From assembly GCF_030144855.1 (NCBI RefSeq), contig NC_082715.1:146444001-146508000 (forward strand): DNA of 64,000 nucleotides, in the 5' to 3' direction. Origin of the DNA: Hypanus sabinus (taxonomy: Eukaryota). Numbering within the stretch: position 1 is the first letter of the stretch; every line of letters begins with the position of its first letter. The notes under the pieces are model-generated. The model made no database searches, was not told the DNA's origin, and saw only the letters and a program-made list of their open reading frames with translations. Shown here piece by piece: positions 25,508 through 37,760 of the stretch. The translations under genes and the position numbers were made by a program.

Positions 25508-26749
25508 AGATTATGCCAGGCCTTTCGAGTACCTCCAGCATTTTGAAGGTGGAGCTAACCTGGGATATGGGGATATCTCTCAATTCCTGTCGGACCACAT
25601 AATTAGAATCTGTCAACCAGCAGCTAACCAAATATCTCAAAGCAACACAGATTTTAAAGGACGATTTTCGAACCCAAAAGTTCATGTCCTCTTTGCAACA
25701 GATTTTTACATAAAAAGACGAGTCAGTGAACTTATTCTATCAATAGGTAAGTGGCAGAACTCTTTCGGAATAATATACAGAATCGCCATCATGTGTCCGC
25801 TAATTCCAAAGAGAAAACCACTGAGATTTGTTGCTTGCACCTTAAATCCATCTATATGCAAATTAACAAAACACCGAATGAGATTAACTTGAAGGCAACC
25901 ACTGCATTTAAACCTTGAGCACACAACTCTAATGGAAATAAGTACATCGATGTTACCAAATGGAGCGAACAATTGCAAGTCTTCTATCATGTATTAGCAT
26001 GACGAACAACAGAAACAACCGTTTCCGCGGAGCTTTGTTGCGCCTCACCGTAGATTACTGTGGTACAGGTGTCATAAGTCCTGCGAACGTGGAAAAAACA
26101 TACATGATGTGAATTCTATTTGTTGTTACAATAACATTAATCAAAATTACCTGAAGGAACAGTTAATCATTTGCATTAAACTAATGTACATTTGCAACAA
26201 TCATCCAAGTAAATTACTGGATTTCGGCTATTATTTGGAGATATTACCTGCTTCATAGGGTTGCATGGCTGGAACATCTCTCCTCGACTTTATATAATCG
26301 ATATGTTTCTACAGTAATCGATGCAGCAGGTTTCAGGTTATGTCCAAATAACTAAACCGCGCAGTTTCTGACGTGGCAGTATCTGAGAGTTGTCTGGAGG
26401 GTAATATAGTTTGCATCTGATTCTTGAGTTAATTTTCTGTGAATATTTCATGGTGCACGGACCAAGTTAGTGCACGAATTAGCTACAGAGCAAATCTTCT
26501 TTACTCTCTCCAATTATTATGTCCTCGAATTTGCAATAGTAAAATTCATATCTGTACTTTTTCCTTTCATACACTCCAAGGATACGAGTATGGTGAGTTA
26601 AAAACTTATTTATTTCACTTACAATAACGCTGTAAACACTGGCTGGGCCAGGGCAGCATGAGACAGAGAGAAAGAAAATCAGCTGCACTGCCCGTTAGTA
26701 ATAACAATCTTCAGCAGAATACAGAAATAAAGAATTTAGTTAAACGGAT

Positions 26750-28700
26750 CCATTGCTTCTATTCCAGGATCAGAATCGACTTCCTCTTGGGAAATGAGAC
26801 TTGACAAGCGACTGGTGGGGGCGATTTGGAGCCAGTCACCATAATTCCATTAGATTTTAAAGGAGTTTTGAGAAAGATGCACAGTTAGTTCTCAAGTTAA
26901 AGGCCTAAATTTGAGCAAAGAGAAGTTTAATGGGATTAGACCGGAACTCTCGAAGTTCAATTCGGAAAAGCTGTTAGCAGGCATAGTGAAGTTTGGCAAG
27001 TCGGAAGCTTTTGAAAATTGGAAACAGAGAATTCAGGGTCAAAATAGCAGTGAACGGCAAGGTAGGTAGGATTCAGGATCCCTAATTAATGGAGGGAAAT
27101 TGAAGTCTGCTGAATAGAAAGGAATAACCGTCTGGGATGTAGCAAAAACTGTTCGGACAACGAGGACTGCTGGAGTCCAGTTAATGACGAAATTAGTAGC
27201 GAAAACGGACATAAGACATCCTTAACAGTTAAGTTGATCATAACAGATTCTTTAAATGTATAAAGAACCAAAAAAGCAGCTGGGGAGGGAAAAGGTCCAC
27301 TTTGGAATTAGTTGGATTGTCGAGACAAAGGAGGACCTAAATGAATGCTTCTATTCTACTTTAAAGAGGAAAAGTTATGGAAGCGGGCAAGCTCAGGGAC
27401 GAGAAGACTGATGCCCTGAAAGGTAATGATATTAAGCAAAATCGATGTTTCTGTTTTTGAAGAGGAGAACGATGAATAAATCCCTGGATCTTGCCCTCTG
27501 TATCCCAAAACGTGTAGCAAGCTTGGGTGCAGTTTGCTAGATCTTTTGCAGAGACTTTTGTGCGTTTGTTAATCACAGGTGTGCAAGGTAATGAGAAGCT
27601 GTACAAGATAACGAGAGGCATTGATCATGTGGATATCAGAGGCTTTTTCCCAGGGCTAAAATGGCTAGAACGAGAGGGCACAAATTTAAGGGGCTTGGAA
27701 GTAGGTACAAAGGAGATGTCAGGGGTAGATTTTTTTACACAGAGAGTGGTGAGTGTGTGGAATGGCCTGCCGGCTGCGGTGATGCAAGCGGAAATGATAG
27801 GGTTTTAAAGATACTCCTGGACAGGTACATTGAGCTTAGAAAAACAGAGGCTAATGGGTAGGCCTATGCAATTCTAAGGTGTTCAGCACATGTTCAGCAG
27901 TTTTGTGGGCCGAAGTGCCTGTACTGTGCTGTAGCTTTTCTATGTCGCTACGTTTCTAGATGTGGTTTGGAAGCCTAAAAGTTGGCTGATGTTGCCTCTT
28001 TATTTAAGCGAAACTTTAAGGATAAGCTACGGAATTACAGCCTGGCGAGCCCAACATTAGTGGTGGGAAAGTTACTGCCGCTAATTCTGCGAAACAGGAT
28101 CTATACGCACATGGAAAGGCAAGTAATGCTTCGGAACAGTAAAGTGGTTTAGTGCGTCAGAAGTCACTGATCCCGAATTTACATTCGGATGTTTTGAAGA
28201 TGTCACCGAAATGGTTGATGTGGGCATGGTAGTAGTTTACCACATGGAATGGACGTCTTGAATTATAATGAACCACTGGGATATTCTTGGATTGCTTTCC
28301 TTTAACGCACGTAGGCTGGTATTGACATTATAGAGGTTTATTAAATCGTGACGTGAATATATAGGGTGAAAGGTCAAAGTGCATTTCCCGCTGACACGGC
28401 TCCTAAAACTGGTGTGGATGTACTTCAGGTGAGAGGGGAATATCAAAGGGGACGTATGGACAAGTGTTCATCGCAATGGTGGTGACGATGTCGAAATACC
28501 TGCCAGAGGAAGCGAGAGGCGTAGCAACAATTTCGATGTTTAAAATCCACTTGGGGATGTGCACGGATAGGAAATGTTTAAAGAGATACAGCGAAAATGT
28601 AGGTGAATGGGTTCAGCTCAAAAAGACTGCATAATCAGTACAGTTGAAGTTCGTCCAAGAATTCGGGAATTGATCGCAATGAAGTTGTAAAGGAGTTTAT
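26750..28700 (+). mobile_element. Mixed decayed CR1 fragments
   Basis: 27590-27860 gives LYKITRGIDHVD..RTRGHKFK..FFTQRVVSVWNGLP; further remnants at ~28050-28620. Confidence 0.65.
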
Positions 28701-29275
28701 CGATCCGATACTACATTAGTCGTTTCGAGCAGATGGAGCTCGTTAACCATGCTTGGCAGCTCATCTCAGAGAAGGAACACTGAGATCTCAAACCTCCGAT
28801 GCCTTGCGGCGATGCCAACACATGGGGAAAAGCTCGGAGTAAAACCGGGTATCCTGGTTCAATTACTGAAAATCCATGCAACAGAGCGACCTCCAGTCTT
28901 CTTGTACAGTCAAGGGCCTAGATGATGACATCTCTCTGTTAAACTGGTAGGTGATGTGCAACTGGTAATCCACATTAAAATAAATATTATTTCATATTAA
29001 TAAATAAACATAATTATTCGAATTGTAACTGCAACTGCGCAGCCAATTCGGGCACCGGAAAATCTGAGTAATTGCACTGCAGCCAGTTAATTGATTTTAA
29101 AAAAAAGTAAGTTATAAATATTGTCCAGAGGAATGATCTCCCTCGCTCCTGCTTCTATTGAAAATAACGCTACCAAAGGTCGTGTACTGTCACCGCACCT
29201 ACGTAATGCCGATTGTTTGACACGCATTTGGCACCGTTCTACAATGTCAGTCCACGTTTTTGCAACCATCTTCAA

Positions 29276-29330
29276 TGTGGGACTTGAACCCACAACTTGC
29301 CATTTGCGAGGCTGCGGTTCAAACTACCAA
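29276..29330 (-). mobile_element. tRNA-derived SINE head remnant just upstream of the plus-strand pseudo-C (also ~51345-51400, ~61414-61460)
   Basis: The minus strand carries a B-box GGTTCAAGTCC(CAC); there is no complete cloverleaf. Confidence 0.55.
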
Positions 29331-29395
29331 GTAATAAATGACTGACTGACGATTTGTTATCGTTCTTTAATATGGACATTTCTTTGTCACTCCAG

Positions 29396-29648
29396 GTGTA
29401 AATTGTTTGCCCTTCGATTGTTGTTCTGCCACCCGAGACTGAAGGACAGATTGTGACTCTGATGTGACTAGTCAACAACTATTCTCTTAGACAGGTGGAG
29501 GTGTCTGCGAAATGGATCACAATGTCGTGGCTGATGTCCAGACAACCCGAGCCGTCCGGGATACCCACCTGTCTTAAACCCTCAACTGTTACCTCACGCT
29601 GACCGACTCCCAGTGGAACTCACAAGAAAAGTGCACTTATGAGGTTCC
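29396..29648 (+). pseudogene. Decayed second-class IgL C exon (U3)
   Basis: Acceptor tctttgtcactccAG|GT. It reads ..ALRLLF..PPETEGQIVTLM*LVNNYSLRQVEVS..DVQTTRAVRD..YLTLTDSQWNSQE. It shares the Cys>TGA change and the 3' deletion with the U1 copy. Confidence 0.85.
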
Positions 29649-32600
29649 AAGATTGATTGCTTTCTATTTGCAAGCGGCTTTCCTACAGTCGTACTTTACA
29701 TTATGGCGGAATAAAACATTTTCACTTTGTAAATGTAACCCGGAATCTTTTGCTACAAAAAATAAAAATATGTTTTTCTTGCGTGTCAGCGGTTGAATTA
29801 AACCAGAGCAGGGGCTGCTGATATCGTGCCCTGACTGTGTTGGCTATTAACCATAAAACTGGGAAGAGAAATGCTGCCTTTTGTCCCTCTAACGCGTCCA
29901 GATATTCATCAAATACCAGTTGATATTAGATCTCAGCACCTTGTTCCTGCCCTTTTCGTTAATATTGAGAAATCTGTAATCTTATGAACGAATTTAATCA
30001 CGATGCCTCCAAGGGCTGGCGAATAACACCATCGTCAGCACATTGAGTGCGTGTGGTTGAGTGGGGTTCAGGATGTGTGAAGCTGCCGTTTCTGGGAACA
30101 TGACGGAACGCCCCTGAGTCAGAATTCCGGCAGAAGACCCTTCTCACATCTGTTCCTAGATGCAAACTCCTGATCTGAGACTGGAGCAATGGTTATGAAC
30201 TCCTCATCTAGATAAATATCTTCTGTTCGTTGAGCATGTTAAGATCTATTGGAATTTTAGTTTTCATCGAGATTTCCACTCACTCTCGTAAATATCTAGA
30301 GCAAAGAGGGCCAGTCTACGTAATTTCTTCTCAAATGGTGATTCCGCAACTAGTCTATCAATACCTGATGAAATCCCTCCACGTTTTTGATGAAATCTGC
30401 ATGCCTACATTGTTGGCCTAATCGTTGGCCTATGTCTTATGGCCTTTTTAAGCAGCCAAGGCGGAACCATGCAATGACGTCACCATTCGTGTACGCAAAT
30501 CTCTCACGAGAAAGGACTAAATAACATTTGTCTTCCCTGTGGTCTGTTGTTCTGACATTTCGGATTTCAGGAAGCCGACGGCCAGTTATCTTCACTACAT
30601 TACCGAATGCCCCGCCATTAAAGTAATTGACACGTTTGTAAGATAAATTAAAATTGGAGCATGTTATTAAAGAATTAACCTAATGTTTTAATTATAATTA
30701 GTTCCGGAAACAACAAACAATCGAACTGTTAAAATAATAAATTAAGATAAACCATATCTGAACAGTTTATATTTCCCTTTATACAACTCATGTTTTCTCT
30801 ACACCCCACAAACAATGGTGCCTCCAATGTTTTGAAGGGGTGAATCTGGCCCAGGATACAAGGCACAATGTATTGTAATGTTGGGCGACGTCCTTTCGGT
30901 TCTGCTACAAGTTTTTGCAGCTCTGCTTTTGATTCTCCAACGAAAACTGGCCGGTATGCAGATAGATTTCAAACTCTCAAAGCTTGAAAATGCGCGCTTT
31001 AGAAAGAAATACTAATTGCATGTCGTCGAAAAATAATTAAACAAAGCAAGAAATGCTGAACAAGTCAGACAGCTCTCCGCATAACCCTTAAAATTTTAGT
31101 TCAATGCCCTTTCATTAGAAAGTGTAAGTGGTTGAAGTATAGAGGATAGGGAGGCCACAGAGAACAAAGTAAATGTCCGGATAGGATGAAGAGAAAACGA
31201 ATGGCTCACCTCATCAATAGAAAGGTGGTGAATCACAGGTTTTTATTTATCTAGAGATATAGCACAGAACAGGCGCTTCCACTCTAACGAGCCACACGGT
31301 CAAGCAACCGACCTGTTTAAAACTAGCCTAATCCTGGTGGAATTTACTATGGTCAATTAATCTAGTAACGGGAACGGTTTTGAACTGTGGGAGGAAACCG
31401 GAGCACCCGGTTAAACCCCACGCAGTTCACGGGAAGAACGAACAAACTCCTACACGCAACGCCAAAAGTGAAGCCCGAGCTATTGTTGTAGTGTTGCGCT
31501 AACCGTTACGCTAACCAGATGCCCGGGAGCCACGGGCAAGGAAAGGTGTAAGTGAATACAAGTCCTTAGATTATGCAAGGTCACGGGTATAAATAAGAAT
31601 TTCCTCGCGGATCTTCCTCAAGATCAGCATGTCCCTTCATTGCATAAACACAAATTCTAGGTCGTCGAAATGCCGAAGGGCATGCTCGTAACAGTTAAGG
31701 TGCAGCTAAACTTCAACGCAGAAAATGTAGGGAATACTCTGCAGGGCAGGTATCCTGTGTGTAAGAAGAGCCATTGCTGACAATTCAATTCATCAGATAT
31801 CCTGATGGCTGGTGGGGGATCAGAAACACAAACTCTGTTTCTTTTTCCACAGATGCTGCTTGAACCGCGTCTCCAGCATGAATGGTTTTGCTTTAGATTT
31901 CTAACATCTAACGTTCATTGTCGCACCAATATGACGTGTAAATCACTGAAGAGGCAACGCAATATTACATGTATGCAAGATCGCAAAAAGGAAACAACCT
32001 TCTCAAGATAATATAGTGCTGACTGTATAAATACGTCAGGGCATTTCGAGGTTAAGAACAAGGAGGTTTTCGGCCTCCTAATGAGTATCAAGGTAGGTCG
32101 GTCCCCAGGGCCAGATGGGAGTTACCGTTGTATCTTGAAGGAGTCAGGAAACGAGATGGCTGGGGCCTTGACCAGTATCTTCGTGGCCTCTAGCCATAGG
32201 CGAGGTCCCAGAGGACTGACGAGTGACTAATGATGCACCTCTATATCCGAAGGGAACTAGGGGAAATCCTTGGAACTATAGACCAGAGAGCTCACGTCAG
32301 TTGTAAGAAATTGCGGGAGAAAATAGTTCGTGTTAGGATATATGAGCATTTGGAAATTTACACCCTAACCAGGGAAAGCCAACAAGGCTTTGTACTTTGC
32401 AGGTCGTGCCGTGCCAACTTCGAGTTTTTTGACAATATTACGAGAGAAATTGATGAGGGTAGGGCTGTGGATGTTGGTTGCTTGGATTTTTGTAAGACTT
32501 TTGACAGAATCCCTCTCAGGAAACTAATCCGGAAGATTAGGAAGCATGGAGTCCGTGGAGAATTGTCTCTTTGTATTCAGAAACCAACTGCGCATAGACG

Positions 32601-33467
32601 ACAGGGGGTATTGGTTGAAGGGACCCGTTCTAGCCGGAAACTGTTATTAGCAGAATTTCGCAGGGGTCTGAGCTGCGATTTTTGTTGTTTGCGATGCATA
32701 TATATGACCTGGAGTGTAAAAATTGTACTTTTAAGAAGCATAAGAGAGCACTGAAGAAGCAGATTAGGATGGCTGAAAGAAGGCATGAGGTTGCTCTGGT
32801 AGACAAAGCATAGGAAATCCCAAGAGTTTCTACATGTATATTGCGAGTAGAAGAGTAGCAAGTGACTAGTTTCCGATCAGAGTGTCCATGAAGCTGAAAG
32901 GGATTAGGGAGATCACAATTGGATTTTTTATATCTGTATTTACTCGAGAGATGGACACAGTGTGAGGCAAAACAGTAGTGTTTTCATGGACTTAAATGGA
33001 CTAGAGAGGAGGAGGTGCTTACAGTTTTGAGACAACGTCGGGTGGATATAACCCCGGGAGCTGTTCAAGTGTTCTCGGACCTTGTGGGATGCTAGTGTAG
33101 AAAGTGCAGGGGACCCAGCAAACATCTTAAAATGTCCTTAGCCTCAGCTGAGGTTAGCCAATTGTGTTTCTCTGTTCAAGAAGCTCTCCAAGAATAAGAT
33201 TGGCAATTATAGGCAAGTGAGGCCGAAGTTAATTGTCGGCAGGTTATGGTATTGGATTCTAAGGGATCAGGTTTATAGGCATTTGGAGAAAACCGAGTCT
33301 AATAATGTATAATCAACATGGATCTGTGCAAGGTGCGTCATGTCTAACCAATTATTTAGAGATTTTTGAGAACGTTATCAAAAGGTTTGATGAAGGAAAG
33401 ACAGTGGATATTACCTGCTTGGGGTATAGCAGGGGCGATGACATAGGCCCCATATGGAGGTTGTGAT

Positions 33468-34712
33468 TGTTACGAACCCCGTAACTGGGTGTCTTACCAG
33501 CAAAGATAGAAGTGTCCCGTTGGAGTCTGGTGATACTACTTCAACAGTATTTATTAGTAAAAATACACAAAAATAATATAAATGCAAATATACAGATAAT
33601 ATACGCCACCAATGCTAGACCTAAACGTGCGGGTATAATAATAATCAATAAGAATTAAGCTCTATCGTTGTCTCGGGGATAATAAATTGTCAGATGGAAA
33701 TATAAAGTTCAGTCAGTTCCTGCAGGCTGTGGGTCGTTGGTCGGTNNNNNNNNNNNNNNNNNNNNNNNNNNNNNNNNNNNNNNNNNNNNNNNNNNNNNNN
33801 NNNNNNNNNNNNNNNNNNNNNNNNNNNNNNNNNNNNNNNNNNNNNNNNNNNNNNNNNNNNNNNNNNNNNNNNNNNNNNNNNNNNNNNNNNNNNNNNNNNN
33901 NNNNNNNNNNNNNNNNNNNNNNNNNNNNNNNNNNNNNNNNNNNNNNNNNNNNNNNNNNNNNNNNNNNNNNNNNNNNNNNNNNNNNNNNNNNNNNNNNNNN
34001 NNNNNNNNNNNNNNNNNNNNNNNNNNNNNNNNNNNNNTTTCCAACTTTCCTTTACGCTTTTGATCTGTCGATACGTTGTTGTTGTGGCCATTCACGTATG
34101 ACCCCTCCGTCCCTTTAGCTAGACCGTTCTTCCGTGGTGGACACGTCACCCAGGGAAGGGTGGACACACACACAAGCCCCCACCGGTCTTGCTACAAAAC
34201 ACTGTGAGTTAAAAGTTACCGACCTTCGTTCGGACTCCGGTCTCCCACCCTGTCTCGTGGGGGTTCTGATGCTCGCTAGGGTTTCTCCTGGTGCGTCTGA
34301 GGGGTGTTACCCCAGACCCTACTTGTATCCCCATTTACGGGGTCTCAGGTGTCAATCAGGTTGGGATGATGTAACCCATCAAACCAGCCCACTCCGGTTA
34401 CCCCCTGAGGGGTTTCAATGATTAGAACAGTACCAAGTAAACAAACCTTCTCCAAAAGACAACACAGTAATCAATGGTTCCGTTCGCTTTTGTTAGTAGG
34501 AGACATTCCACTTTGTGTATCTCTGAGCTGTCTCTCTCTCATTAACTTTCATGAGCTGTTATCAATAACAACTGCCCTGGCAGCTGTCCTGTGTCTCTCT
34601 CAGTTCCTTGATAACAGCATCGGAATAGTAGAGATTTGCGATTCTCCAAAAAGGGCGGGGGCGTGGCCCACTGCACCCTTCTGCCCATCAGAGTTTTTCA
34701 CCCTTCGTAACA
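33468..34712. mobile_element. Solo LTR of the same family as 16240-17169, spanning an assembly gap; 4-bp TSD TGAT
   Basis: Ends are TGTTACGAA...TTCGTAACA; tgat occurs at 33464-33467 and 34713-34716. Sequence is similar to the 16.2 kb LTR. Confidence 0.82.
33746..34037. other. Assembly gap (292 N)
   Basis: Run of N bases. Confidence 1.
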
Positions 34713-35329
34713 TGATGAAGATTAGGTCGCTTGTCATTCACTATCGGGTGGTAATCTGGATCAGATATTGGCTTCGCTGGAAAAGCCAGAAAGTGGTGTC
34801 GATGTTTGCCTCTCTGAGTGGAGGCCTGTGTCTAGTGGTGTATCCCAGAGATGGGTGTTATGTCCGTTGTTGTTTGTCATCTATATCAACGAACCGAATC
34901 ATAATGTTGTAATCGAACTCATCAAATTTGTGGATAAAGACAAGATCGGGATCTCAATGAACGGCGGGTAAGGTCATAGAACCTTGCAGTGGGATCTGGA
35001 GCAGCTGGAAAAACAGGCTGAAAACGTCAGATGGTGATTATTCAAGATAAAGTTAGGACAAACTAGGTTGGACTTACACGATGAGCTGCAGGGCACTTAG
35101 GATTCCGGTAGAACAGAAGGAATGCCGATCCATAATTTCATCATCGTGACGTCGCAGATGAGTAGGTCCGTAAAAAGAGCTTTTGGCATATTGGCCTTCA
35201 TACATCAAAGTAAATATTGAGCACAAGATTTCGGACGAAAATTGAAATTGTATAAGATTATTGCGAAGCCTTATTTGGAGTATTCTATATAATCCTGGTC
35301 ACCTACCCATAGGAACACTAGTACACTAG

Positions 35330-37620
35330 AATACTACAGCACAGTACAGGCTCTTCAGCCCTCGATGTTGTGCCGACCCATATATCCCTTTAAAAAAGTA
35401 CTAAACCCGCACTGCCCCATAACCCTCTATGTTTCATTCATCCATATGCCTGTCCAAGAGGCTCTTAAATACTCCTAATGTTTGAGCCTCTACCACCATC
35501 ATTGACAAATCATTCCAGGCACCCAGAAACCTCTGTATAAAAACATTACTCCTGATATCTCCCCTAAACGTCACTCCCTTAACTTTGTCCAAATGCCCTC
35601 TGGTGTATTCTATTCGTGCCCTGGGCAACAGGCATTGGCTAACCACAATATCCATGGCTTTCATAATCTTGTACAGCTCTATCAAGTCCCCTCTCAAACT
35701 TATACGCTCCAAGGAGAAAAGTACCACCTCTGCTAACCTTGCCTCATACGACTTGTTTTCCAATCCAGGCAACTTCTTGGTAAATCTCCTCTGCATCCTC
35801 TCCATAGCTTCCACAACCTTCCTATAATGAGGTAACCAGAACTGAACACAATACTCTAAGTGTGGTCTCACCAGGGATTTGTAGAGTTGCAACATGACCT
35901 CTCTACTCTTGAATTCAACCCTGCTATTAATGAAGCCTAACATCCCATAAGCCTTCTTAACTATCAAACGTGAGGGATGTATGGGTTTGAACCCCAAGGT
36001 CCCTCTGTTCATCCACACTCTTATGTAACCGACCATTAACCCTCTACTCAGCCTTCTGGTTTGCCTTTCCAAAATGCATCACCTCACACATCCGGATTGA
36101 ACTGCATCAGCAACTTTTCTGCCCAACTCTGCATCCTATCTATATACTCTTGTAGCCTTCGACAACCTACAGCTCCATCCACAACTCCTCCCATCTTCGT
36201 GTCATCCGCAAGCTTACTCACCAATCCTTCCACCTCTTCAACCATGTCATTTATAAAAATCAAAAATAGCGGGGGTCCCAGAACTTATCCTTGTGACAGT
36301 GCACGAGTCACCGACCTCCAGGCAGAGTACATTCCTTTCACTACTACCCTCTGCTTTCTTCCTGTAAGCCCTTTCTTAATCCAAATAGCCAAGGTTCCAC
36401 TGATCCCATGCATCATGACTTTCTGGATGAGTCTGTCCTGGGGGACCTTGTCAAATGCCGTGCGAAAATACATGTAGAACACATCTACCGCCCTACCCTC
36501 ATCAAATTATTTTGTTACCTCTTCAAAAAACTCAATTAGGGTCGAGAGGCACGACCTTCCCTTAAAAAGCCACGTTGACTATCCTTGAATAGACTGCACT
36601 TCTACAAATGCTCGTAGATCTTATCCTTAAGAATCCTTTCCAATAGTTTGCAGAACAACGACATAAGACTCACTGGTCTATAATTCCCAGGATTCTCCCT
36701 ATTACCTTTTTTTAAACAAGGAAACTACATTTGCCGTTCCCCAATTCTCCGGGACCTCCCCTGTAACCAAAGCGGATTCAAAGATCATAGCTACTGCACC
36801 AGCGATCTCTTCTCTCACTTCCCATAGCAATCTGGGTTATATCACTTCCGGCCCTGGGGACTTACTAAACTTGATACAACACCTCTTCATCCTTAATTTC
36901 CTCATTGTCCAGCATACAGGCCAATATTTCGACTTCACTCCGATCAAAGTTCTTTTCACTTGTGAATACTGAAGCAAAGTATTCATTTAGGACCTCCCCA
37001 ACCTCCTCTGCCTTCAGTCACATGTTGCCTTCTTTAGCCTTTAGTGGCCACACATTCTTTCTTGTCATCCTTCCGTTCTTCACATACGCATAGAAAGCCT
37101 TAGGGTTCCCCTCAATCCCACATGCCAAGGCCTTCTCATGCCCCCTTCGAGCTCTCCTAATTCCTTACTTAAGATCCTTCCTTGCTACCCTATTTTTCCA
37201 ATGAGCACCCCACCGCACTTACTGCTTTTTATATCTAACATATGCTTCTTTCTTCCTCTTGAGGAGTTGCCTCACGTGTTTCGTCAACCACGGTTCCCTT
37301 TTCCTACCATTTTCTCCTTATATCAGTGGGACAAACATATTCTGAACCCAGCAAAAGTGGTCCCTAAACTTCCTGCACATTGCTTCTGTACTTTCACACT
37401 TGCACGTCTGTTTTCAATTTAATCTCGCTAGTTCCTGCCTCATCCCTTCATACTTCGCACTTCCGTAGTTCAGCACTTTCCAATTTTGTCTGTTTTTATC
37501 CTCTTACATCGCTATGCTGAAGATAAGGGATTTGTGGTTACTCTCACCAAAATGCTCCTTCACCAAGAGGTCTGCCTCTTGATCAGATTCAATACCCAGA
37601 ACTAGATCAAGTATGGCTTC
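35330..37620 (-). mobile_element. CR1-type LINE (ortholog of 13870-16190)
   Basis: ORF 35434-36072 gives LYKSLVRPHLEYCVQFWLPHYRK..MQRRFTKKLPGL. Confidence 0.9.
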
Positions 37621-37726
37621 TCCTCTTCAAACACCAGTAAAACTGTAGATACTGGAAATTCAAGCAACACACACAAAATGCTGGTGGAACACAGCAGCCC
37701 TGGCAGCATCTATAAGGAGAAGCACT

Positions 37727-37760
37727 GTCGACGTTTCGAGCCGAGATCCTTCGTCAGGAC
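37727..37760 (-). ncRNA. Minimal type I hammerhead ribozyme-like motif within a palindromic Penelope-derived repeat
   Basis: The minus strand reads GUC-CUGACGA-A-GGAUCUCGGCUC-GAAAC-GUC-GAC: intact core boxes, stem I GUC/GAC and a palindromic ACGU stem III. Confidence 0.55.

Larger units (their letters stand above)
32020..35320 (+). mobile_element. CR1 fragments (U3), interrupted by a solo LTR
   Basis: ORF 32230 gives SQQGFVLCRSCRANFEFFDNITREIDEGRAVDVGCLDFCKTFD; orthologous to 2420-4350. Confidence 0.8.

Noticed and set aside
25458-25892. 144-aa ORF containing DFKGRFS, reminiscent of a V domain, as the missing V of the inverted C
   Set aside because: There are no canonical Cys/Trp positions, the ORF starts inside the L1 tail, and the frame is broken in the U3 ortholog.
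29270-29330. Possible tRNA gene
   Set aside because: Only a B-box is present with no cloverleaf; it is a SINE head remnant.
33687-34173. Long ORFs spanning 33.7-34.1 kb
   Set aside because: They are artefacts of the N gap.
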